The notes under the pieces were generated by a model, which saw only the letters and a list, made by a program, of their open reading frames with translations, was not told the DNA's origin and did not search any database. A program made the position numbers and the translations under genes. A DNA stretch of 44,636 nucleotides, from assembly GCA_002269645.1 (NCBI GenBank), contig NIVC01004480.1, positions 1-44,636 on the forward strand. Reading direction: 5' to 3'. The DNA comes from Macrostomum lignano. Its lineage: Eukaryota. This document shows, piece by piece, positions 35,419-44,636 of the stretch; position 1 is the stretch's first letter, and each line of letters starts with the position of its first letter.

Positions 35419-35961
35419 CTTCCTAGCCGCATTCTGCAGGTCCTCAATCCGCTGCTCAAGCCTGGCCTTGTCGCTGAGCGCCGTCTCCGTGGCCACCTTC
35501 AGTCGCTCCCGGAGGCTGTCCCGCTCCGTCATCATCCGACGCAGGTCGGCCAAGGCGTCGTCGCGCTCGGTCTCGACTCGCTTGAGCACGGCCTGGGCCG
35601 CCAGCGACACTTTCGGCTGAGAAGGCGACGCCAGAAGCTCTCGCCTGGCTCGGTGCAACTCGTCGTTGGTGTCATCAAGCAGGCGGCTGAGCTGGTCCCG
35701 CTCCTGGGTGAGCACGCGCACGTTGCCCTGGATTTCGGCCATGTGCCGCTCGAACTTGTCCAGCAGCGCCTGCAGCTCGTCGCGTTCGCGCTTCACGCGC
35801 AGCAGCTCAGAGTCGTCGCTGGCTGAGCCAACGCCGCCGTTGTTAGCCGACGGACGGTCGCGAGTCGGCGGGGAGCGAGCTCGGGACCTCGTGCTAGCGT
35901 AACGGCTCGGCTCCGCGTCCGCCAACCCTTTGCTAAGCGTCGGTTCGGTTGACTGCGGTGG
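35419..35961 (-). CDS. CEP135: CEP135 exon
   Basis: RERDELQALLDKFERHMAEIQGNVRVLTQERDQL...ALADLRRMMTERDSLRERL matches CEP135 RERDELQRMLERFEKYMEDIQSNVKLLTAERDKL (from memory). Acceptor TTCTCAG|CCA and donor AAG|GTTGG. Confidence 0.93.
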
Positions 35962-36354
35962 CTGAGAATGGGAGGCCGTGCGGTCCACAAAACCGTTACT
36001 GAGCCAAGAAAGCCTCAAAAGTTTTTGTCAGCGACGGTCGGACACAAAAAAATACAGAAAACATCTCAAAAATTTCATGACAAGTCATGATCCTCGAAAA
36101 TTGATGGATTATAAATGTTTTTCAGGAATTTGGACCGCAAGTTTTGCGTAGAGGCAAGTCGAACACATCACTAATAAACATTACCATCCATTCCGAAGTA
36201 TTGTGGAAGCGTCTTAATTCTTCTCTGCATTTTCTGACCTCAAAAGATGTTGGCTCATCAAAACTATGCGCGCCGACCCCGCCTCCATAGTTTCTTAAGT
36301 CTGACTCATAGCTCTGATTTCGGCTCTGAATATTAATTCTTTGAGTAGGCGAGA

Positions 36355-36459
<105 letters not shown>

Positions 36460-36777
36460 AGTGAGCAAAGGCCGCTAAGGCTGCCAGTCACTCTTGAGGT
36501 ACCGCAGGCCAGGGCTGTCGTTATTAAAGTTGCGAGCAACCAGCGTCGAGAGCTGTAGGCGATTCCTTAAATAATAATGCCATCCAGCCCAGCGACTTGG
36601 CCCCCACCCTCCCATGCGACTGGGCGCCACTCCCGGCACTTCACTTCCCTGTCCATGTCAGAGACGCAGCAATGACCAGCCCGCGCTGTGTATGACGGGC
36701 CTTTTATGGGACAGTTGCAAAAGTTCATCTTAATTGGATTTCGTGCGGCAAGTTGCGAGGGCGATTCGCTCTCTCAC

Positions 36778-37092
36778 CTTTCTGGCTCCGCTCTTGCCGC
36801 CGCCTGCGGTCTTGGCCGGCTTGCTCGGACTGGACAGTCGAGTCTTGGACGGCGTCCGGCTCAACCGGGTCGGACTCGAACTGCGCGACCCGTTGAGCAC
36901 GGCTGGCGTTCTCAGCATCTTGTTGAGCTCCTCGGCCTCGTGCTTCCAGTAGTCCCTGTCCTCCTCGATGCCCTTTCAGATACTGCTCAATCTTCGAGGT
37001 GGTTGCGGCCGAAGCTTTTTTGCCGCCTGTGGTGCCGTTGGCGCCGCTGCCTTTGCGTCGAAGGCGTTCGATCTCTAGCACCAGCTCGCGCT
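36778..37092 (-). CDS. CEP135: CEP135 exon with one extra nucleotide at 36971-36976
   Basis: ERELVLEIERLRR...KIEQYLK(shift)GIEEDRDYWKHEAEEL matches CEP135 ERQLTLEVERMR...FLKGIEEERDYYKKELE. Acceptor TCTCAG|AG (phase 1) and donor AAG|GTGAG. Confidence 0.88.
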
Positions 37093-38597
37093 CTGAGATT
37101 GTTGATTTGACGGGGCGAGAAACGGAAGGTTGATAGCGAATCAGTTTATTAGTTTTATAAAAGAAGCATTTGAAGAACTGTTTGTTCACCATTTGCACGA
37201 AGGCGAGTCCATAGGACGGAGTCAAGGACAGCCGTAGTATAACAGGACGTGAAACTTAAAGATCGTGTACTCGTAATTTTTTGGAGGCTAATTTCCTGGA
37301 AAGAATACATAATCAATATTTGCATTTGATCTGGGGCAGTGAAGACTACAATTCTTCTAATTTTAGCATGCACAGCATGTTACTTTGTATGAAGATAATA
37401 CTTTTGACTATACGGATATATAAAATATATCGGTATAGTCTTCCTATCTCCGCAGTGTATTTTTTCCAGGAAATGGCCTTCAAACAATTACATGATCTTT
37501 CAGTTTTACATCTTGTTATGCTGCAGTGGACAGACTGCATACGCTGACCTGACGATGAGCGGAGTCAGGGCAGATGTACGTCTCTTTATGAGTACGTACT
37601 CAAGGGTCAGCAGAATGGGCACAATTTGCTTGCTTCCTCGCCCAACTGTCTCTCGAATTATCCCCCTAGGCCTCAGTAACCACAGCCCCTGTTGAACAAT
37701 TGATTAACATCCCGTCGTTAATAAAGCTTCAGTCTTCTGGTGAAAGTTTCTTTGTTTAAATGATGCTCACGTATCCGCAATGCCAGTTGGAAGAAAAAAC
37801 ACCTGAGCCAACATCAACTGCGCTGCTCTGCTTTGGTAAACTGTTCGTGGGAACGTAGGGCCGATTCAAAATTTGGTGGACGCAATGTTGGTTGGCAACC
37901 CGGCGGTTTGAGCAGCTGGAAGAATAGCTGGCTAGTCTCAAATGTCAATGCTTCAGCGCACAGGCAGGGCGAAGCCGCGCAGGGCGCCCAGGCAATGTCA
38001 ACAGAGGCGGGTGTTGTTCCTTTCTTAACTCAGACTTTCACTGGCCTGTCCGGACCAGCTGTAGAGGAGAAAAGGAGGCTGGAGGAAAGAGGAACACAGG
38101 GGGGAATTTTGGGTTTGCAGGAAGAGGAAATCTATTTGGCCGCTTGTTAGCCCTGTGTTGCACTGCACTTCTTCTTGACAGGTAGAAGGCTTGAGTGGAT
38201 TCTGCCTTGTTGGGAAAGAACTCGCAATCATGTGTCATCCCCGTCAGCTTCCATCGTCTCTCCATCATGGTTGAGCTATTGTCTTACTCAACTAAAAGCA
38301 TTGAGTTAAAAATTATATTTGACAAGGGCATTGAGAGCAGTGCAAAAGTATGAGACTAATTGAACTGGATTTCTGTGTATTCTTTTTGTTTAGATGCCTT
38401 ATTGAAAGTCACGATTGAGTCGATGCTGTACTCAACTTATCTGGGTGGGATATTGGGGATTTTAAAACGAGCTTATCAATGTGAGGTCTAAGCAAGGACG
38501 ACTATGAACTAACGCACTTCAGTAGTTATTAGGTCTGGTTTTAGTATTTTGGTGACATTATTATGAGATTAGTTATGGTTTGTGAAATTTTGTAGAG

Positions 38598-39090
38598 ATC
38601 TGGGTGTGAGAATATAAATTTAGGTGTGAGAATAGACATCTGCATGTGTGAATAGACAGTTGGGTGTGAGAATAGACATCTGCACAGTTGGGTGTGAGAA
38701 TAGACATCTGCATGTGTGAATAGACAGTTGGGTGTGAGAATAGACAGTTGGGTGTGAGAATAGACATCTGGGTGTGAGAATAGACAGTTGGGTGTGAGAA
38801 GAGACAGTTGAGTGTGAGAATAGACATCTGGGTGTGAGAATAGACAGTTGGGTGTGAGAAGAGACAGTTGAGTGTGAGAATAGACATCTGGGTGTGAGAA
38901 TAGACAGTTGGGTGTGAGAATAGACATCTGGGTGTGAGAATAGACAGTTGGGTGTGAGAAGAGACAGTTGGGTGTGAGAATAGACATCTGGGTGTGAGAA
39001 TAGACAGCTGGGTGTTAAAATAGACATCTGAGTGTGCGAATAGACATCCAGGAGGGAGAATAGACTTTTGGGTAAGAGTATAGACATCTG
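38598..39090. repeat. 20-bp minisatellite (GGGTGTGAGAATAGACA[TCT/GTT])n
   Basis: Direct reading; the two variants largely alternate. Confidence 0.94.
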
Positions 39091-40206
39091 TGTGTCAGAA
39101 TATAATCTAAACGAAATGATAGGCATCTGGGAGGAATAGCTGTTTGGGTGACTGATAATTTTAAGGATTTAGATGTGAGGTTGCGGATTCAGACCCGACA
39201 TTAGTAACTGTAGTCAGGCTCTTGCAGCAGGGCCACCGCTAACAGTCAAGCATTACAACCATTACCGTGCTCAAGCACTGACTGCGGGGTCACTGGCGGC
39301 CAGCCGTCCAGAGACCTGGACAATTTGGCAAAGTCGGCGAAGTCGACTGTCGACCGACAGCGGACCAGGCCTCCTCTTTGACTGTCGACGAAGCCTCTGA
39401 CTGAGCCGTCAACGCTGCTGCTACCGTGTCGGTGTCGCGTGTGTCTGTCAGGCGCCTTGCTTATCAGCATCTCATGCTGCCCCACCTGCCACAGCTCAAC
39501 TGCTGCTGCAGCCCACCCAACGCTCCAGCTCTGCCTTCTATAGAGAATGCGGGAGCGCTGGTAGAGTGGGGAAGACTGGGGGGGGGTGCAGCGGGGCGAT
39601 TTGGGGACAGGAAGTGACTCAACCAATCAGCTGCTGTGCTGCTCCATGGGGCGATGCTGGAGTCTGGGCGGGAAGCAATACAAGTAGAGGCGGGAGAAGG
39701 GAGAACAGTGGTTGGAATAGAGTGGAGTTCTCTTCCCTTTTTAACCTCCAGTGTGCCACTGCAACAGGTTTCAGCCGTCCCTAAATTTTCCCTATCCCTC
39801 TTCCGCGACCGCGCCTTGACAACGGAAGGGGGGGCACAGGATCCCATCGCTTCCCAATCCAAAAAGCTCCCCCATAAAAAACTCTGCTCGCGAATCCCCA
39901 ACTGCATGCTTTTAGGGGATTTTTTGTACTCCAAAAGCAAAGACTATAGCTGTGAATTTCTCCATTGCTAGAATGAAACAGCTTGGTTAGCGATGGCTTA
40001 TCAGTTTTTATCAAGATTGTGTTCAGTTGGCAAAGTGCGGGCAATACGAGTCGTAAAACTGGCTGGCAGATCAGGGTTGTAGTTTTATTGCTCAAGTCAT
40101 ATGCTTTTATTGCACTGGGGGCTGGGGCGAGGCAGACAGGAGTAGCAATACATGTGTCGCCTCAGACCGGTGTTGGGACTCTCTTCTAGGAGACGTACAG
40201 CTGACA

Positions 40207-40637
<431 letters not shown>

Positions 40638-41225
40638 CACCCGGCCCTGTTGCACTTCTGCAGCCGCGGAGGCGGATGCATCCCGGTCGGCTCCACACTG
40701 TCTGCTTCTGCTGGCATGCAGCAGTGCAAACTCTTGCCACTACTATTGACGTCAAACTACTGAAACAATTTTCTGTTGGGTGCCGCCCTTATGGACTCAC
40801 TGAGCTCACACGCGTTGTCTCCCAGTTAAAGCAGTCGCGTATGGGGATGACAAACATCAATGCTCCTCACTGCAGCTGGGAGGGTGACTGGGTGGCCGCA
40901 GTGCCACTCGTGCATCGGCGCTGCATTGTTTCCCAGCAGCCAGCCTCCCAAGTCCCAAACCAATCCGCCACATGAATCGGCGCATTGTGCAGTCAATTTT
41001 TCTCCAACTTTGTAGGCGCGACTTCCGTGGCAGAGTCGGCTTGCAGTCGCGCACTCAAAGCGACAGGATGAGTAAATTGACTGAAGCCTTGTCTACCCCA
41101 GCTCCTCTTCTCTAATAAGGTATTGTTGTTTGGTTGTAGAAACTCAATAGAATGTCTGAATAGTGGTTCATGACACACTACGACTCTGAGAGCAATTTTT
41201 ATAGTTGAAATCAGTTAGGGTTGAG

Positions 41226-41570
41226 AAGACAGCAGACACGTTGAGACAATGAAGGTCAGTCACTGAGGTGACAGCAGACACGTTGAGACAATGAAGGTCA
41301 GTCACTGAGGTGACAGCAGACACGTTGAGACAATGAAGGTCAGTCACTGAGGTGACAGCAGACACGTTGAGACAATGAAGGTCAGTCACTGAGGTGACAG
41401 CAGACACGTTGAGACAATGAAGGTCAGTCACTGAGGTGACAGCAGACACGTGAGACAATGAAGGTCAGTCACTGAGGTGACAGCAGACACGTTGAGACAA
41501 TGAAGGTCAGTCACTGAGGTGACAGCAGACACGTTGAGACAATGAAGGTCAGTCACTGAGGTGACAGCAG
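41226..41570. repeat. 42-bp minisatellite (GTGACAGCAGACACGTTGAGACAATGAAGGTCAGTCACTGAG), ~8 copies
   Basis: Direct reading; one copy near 41450 lacks a T. Confidence 0.96.
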
Positions 41571-41631
41571 TTGAGGACGCTCCTTGAAGATCTGGCACGC
41601 AGAGTCGCACAGAGCAGAAAAGAATGCTCAC

Positions 41632-41782
41632 CATTGGCAGTTAGCTTCTCAATACGCTGTGTGAGTCGTTTCTTATCAGCTTGCTGTTGCGCAATCAGCT
41701 CCTGCAGCTGTCTGTTGTCCATAGTTGAGCTGGCGGCCTGCTTCTTCGTGTCGTTCAACGAGTCTTGCAGTTTCTTTCGGTC
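41632..41782 (-). CDS. CEP135: Most 5' confidently identified CEP135 exon in the window
   Basis: DRKKLQDSLNDTKKQAASSTMDNRQLQELIAQQQADKKRLTQRIEKLTAN. Acceptor ACCCAG|GAC and donor G|GTGAGC (phase 1), joining the 37092 exon as TAN-E-RELVLE (cf. CEP135 QRLSKKVESFAVTERQL). Confidence 0.8.
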
Positions 41783-42019
41783 CTGGGTGCAGGTATTTGA
41801 GTTGTGTGGAAACTTTCAAATTCAGCCTACTGTCAGTAGTTTACCGGACATGTTTAACGGAATTTCTAACGAACTCGGACAGTATTAGAACCAATAAAAG
41901 AAATATCAATACATTGCATGCTTTATTCTGATAGATGATGGATACGATTATTCTTCCAGCTATTGCGCGGCGCATCTGAAGGCTGCGTACGGTTGTTAAG
42001 TACAAGGACTGGGGGGGGG

Positions 42020-42192
42020 GTCGCCACACACACCCTCATTTATCCCAGCTAATGCTGGCACTCATTTTCCAGCTGGGTGAACTGAAGCAATGCACAGTAA
42101 AGCGTCTTGCTCAAGGACTCAAATTGTTCAAAGTGGATCGAGAATCGAACCCCCCCCCCCGACCTTTCAGTTGTAAGTCCGACGCTCAAACC
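42020..42192 (-). mobile_element. tRNA-headed SINE with a CORE/MIR-like central domain
   Basis: The - strand reads TGGTTTGAGCGTCGGACT...GGTTCGATTCTC (A/B-box head), then GAGTCCTTGAGCAAGACGCTTTAC...CACCCAGCTGGAAAATGAGTGCC, resembling the CORE consensus GTG(T/A)CCTTG(G/A)GCAAG..ACTT. Confidence 0.65.
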
Positions 42193-43284
42193 AAAAAGTA
42201 AACTTCAATCTTCCATATCTCTTGGACTATAGAGAATGGATTTATTAACAGACGATTAAAAGTACTAAACACTGCGACTCACGTTTTCACTGCTGTATAG
42301 CATGGATCTGTACCTCTCTTGATCACTGAATGAGTCAATTACTTTTGCAGCGGCCGCCGCTGTTGGAGTCTTGTCCATCGGCAAGTCTTGTGTAAAGATA
42401 ATCAACTCTTACAGTTTTTGTTAGAACTTTTTTAAGCCGAGAGTTTGTTCTATTTAGCGGCCAAGATCGCGGCTTTTTTAGCATACGAGTGGTGATAAAG
42501 GAGAAATGAGTGAAAGACCAGGAAAAAATACACAGAGAGCGAAGACATGCAGCACACACAAGAATGCGCAAGGGGTGTGGGTTGGTTGGACTCGCAAATA
42601 ACTGATAGAGAAAGAAGACTGAAAAGCAAGAAATAATGCGAATGAGAAGGAGTACAGACGCCTCTTGTGCAGTGAAAGAAGATTTTCCTGTCGTATTTGG
42701 CAAGAGCCCTGCTGCCTGTGCACAAGTAAAGGAATTTTGAGATAAGCGAAATCACTGAGACAGCCCAGAGAGAGATTCAGAGAGGGAGCAGACGAACGGG
42801 CCAATAGAATGCAATTAGAGCCAATTATTCTCTGTTGCCATACGTCAGGCAAATCAAGAGAAAGTGGTGTTGCAGACAGAGACAGAGCGCGGAGAGAGTG
42901 GCCTTGGCTGCGGACGAACCCCCATGCCACACATGCGCCCACCTACGAGTAAGCAGCAAAATTGACAGGAAACTGTGCCCCGCTGTGCTCTCTGTCTCTG
43001 TCTCTCTGTAAGATCCACTACATTCACAAATTTAGCTAGTGTGTTGCTATGTGCTGGCGATTTCTCCATTGTAATTTAGCGGTTGCCATGCCTTGACTTG
43101 CTTCTAATAAATTGCATTGCGTAGCAACATTTGATGCCTTTATTTATAAGAAAATTTTAACTCAGCCAGCCCGTCCTACTCAGAGCGCCTGTTGCTCCGC
43201 CGTGATTGACAAGGGACAGAAAGAAAGAGAGGGGTACACTCTGTGTATGGAGGGTGAGGCCGCACTGAACTTTCTAATTTGAGA

Positions 43285-43445
43285 ACTCGCGCATTGGTTT
43301 TATGAATCCATTTTGTCATTCTCAGCTAACTGTGTAACAATATGTGTAACAGAGATGATAAAATAAATTCGTAAAACCAAAGATTCGAGCTGTGACATGC
43401 ATTTCTACAATTTTTAGTTACAGGAAATTTACGTAGAGTAAAACA
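43285..43445. mobile_element. Diverged second fragment of the 11.1-11.7 kb foldback family
   Basis: TGGTTTTATGAATCCATTTTGTCATTCTCAGC...GATAAAAT...TAAAACCA...GAGCTGTG...TACGTAGA aligns by eye to ~11293-11435. Confidence 0.7.
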
Positions 43446-44119
43446 TTGACATCTAATATACTAAAAATGAAATGCTTGGTTGCTTGCTTGTAATTGATTT
43501 TCTCCCGAACGGCTCAACCGATTTTCTTCAAACTTGCACCATTCGATCAGAAATTTTCCCGGGACGGTACATGCATATTGGCTAAGAAATTGCTCAATGT
43601 TAAAGGGATTAAATATTCGAAAAACATGATTTTTTGCAAAGGTCAAGCAGCTCTTTCGACCTGAAATGCATTGTAAGAATGCTAGAGAAAAATCTGACTG
43701 GTTGAATTCTGATTCTGAAATAGATTGCATCACAATACACTTTATTTATCGTCTGTGTACTGGCTGAATTTGACACTCAATTGAATTGCGTCACAGCTTT
43801 GAGGGTGAAAGTATAGTGCAGTACTGAATTTATATTACGTAACCATATTGTTAACTTTCATAGACACTGGTACTGACTTGCCTAAGAAATTGATTATGTC
43901 ATAACTGCTTCGTGAGACTTTTTACTCTACCTGACTTGGTGTGAGTGTTGAATTATATAAGTGGTACAAATTCAGTGATAACTTCGATGAGAGCTAGCCT
44001 AGAGCTGAGCAGACCAGACTGCTAATGCAGCGACCTGGGTTCGAATCTAAGTAGTTTAAAAGTAGTAGTGTAAAATTTTTTATTAAAAGCTTTTATTAAA
44101 GGACTAAATAAAAACACTT

Positions 44120-44636
44120 AGATTACTGCACTCGATAAGCTAAGGATTATTGCTCTTGGCAAACCAAGGAATACTGCACTCGATAAGCCAAGGATTATTG
44201 CTCTTGGCAAACCAAGGATTACTGCACTCGATAAGCCATGGATTATTGCTATTAATAAACCAAGGATTACTGCACTCGATAAGCCAAGGATTATTGCTAT
44301 TAATAAACCAAGGATTACTGCACTCGATAAGCCAAGGACTATTGCTATTAATAAACCAAGGATTACTGCACTCAATAAACCAAGGACTATTGCTCTTGGC
44401 AAACCAAGGATTACTGCACTCGATAAGCCAAGGATTATTGCTATTAATAAACCAAGGATTATGCACTTGGCAAACCAAGGATTACTGCACTCGATAAGCC
44501 AAGGATTATTGCTATTAATAAACCAAGGATTACTGCACTCAATAAACCAAGGACTATTGCTATTAATAAACCAAGGATTACTGCACTCAATAAACCAAGG
44601 ACTATTGCTCTTGCAAACCAAGGATTACTGCACTCG
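44120..44636. repeat. 24-bp-monomer satellite organised as a 48-bp dimer (CCAAGGATTACTGCACTCGATAAG + CCAAGGATTATTGCT[ATTAAT/CTTGGC]AAA), runs off the right edge
   Basis: Direct reading. Confidence 0.95.

Noticed and set aside
32454-35826. Long + strand ORFs overlapping CEP135 exons (e.g. 32454-32939, 34576-35232, 35407-35826) and antisense ORFs over PRPS, the GPCR and the LDLa gene
   Set aside because: They are antisense shadows of GC-rich coding exons with no recognisable domains.
36971-36976. Programmed ribosomal frameshifting at AAA GGG in CEP135
   Set aside because: There is no heptameric slippery site with a downstream structure that I can see, and a second unrelated indel exists in the same gene. 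Sequencing error or mutation is simpler.
37700-38200. Penelope-like GIY-YIG fragment (LALRIREHH on the - strand)
   Set aside because: The match is a few residues and the GIY/YIG motifs are not visible; too weak without a database search.
40640-41170. LINE RT C-terminal remnant on the - strand (KIDCTMRRFMWRIG)
   Set aside because: Only a vague resemblance with no diagnostic motif.
43992-44050. tRNA gene (A-box/B-box GGGTTCGAATC)
   Set aside because: The T-stem has mismatches and I could not build acceptor and anticodon stems; at most a SINE head or tRNA pseudogene.

Overview
This is eukaryotic (metazoan) genomic DNA with spliceosomal introns. GC-rich exons sit in AT-rich, satellite-laden DNA; the style suggests a flatworm such as Macrostomum, which is an inference only. 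Four protein-coding genes can be rebuilt by hand. (1) + strand: the 3' part of a single-pass receptor with an unusually stretched LDL-receptor class A module, a TM helix and a Q/H/P-rich tail (exons ~1.5-1.98 kb and 2088-2863). (2) - strand: a complete 318-aa class I PRPP synthetase (exons 10494-10373, 5664-5382, 4940-4389). (3) + strand: a 467-aa sNPF/PrRP/NPY-family class A GPCR (21043-21401, 21572-22133, 22310-22792) whose last intron needs a GC donor. (4) - strand: the C-terminal ~880 aa of CEP135/Bld10 in at least 7 exons (41782 to 30659), with two single-base frameshifts and a candidate cassette exon. The rest is tandem repeats (28, 47, 42, 15, 7-8, 20, 4, 42 and 24/48-bp units; CT/GA tracts), foldback/MITE-like inverted repeats, tRNA-derived SINE-like pieces, and decayed Merlin, hAT, Gypsy and LINE fragments. 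I found no CRISPR array, rRNA or intact tRNA. I cannot show a wholly new multi-gene system. The best leads are the stretched-LDLa receptor, the GC-AG tail switch in the GPCR, the CEP135 frameshifts and isoforms, the PRPS 5' architecture, and the way satellites and splicing signals coexist.
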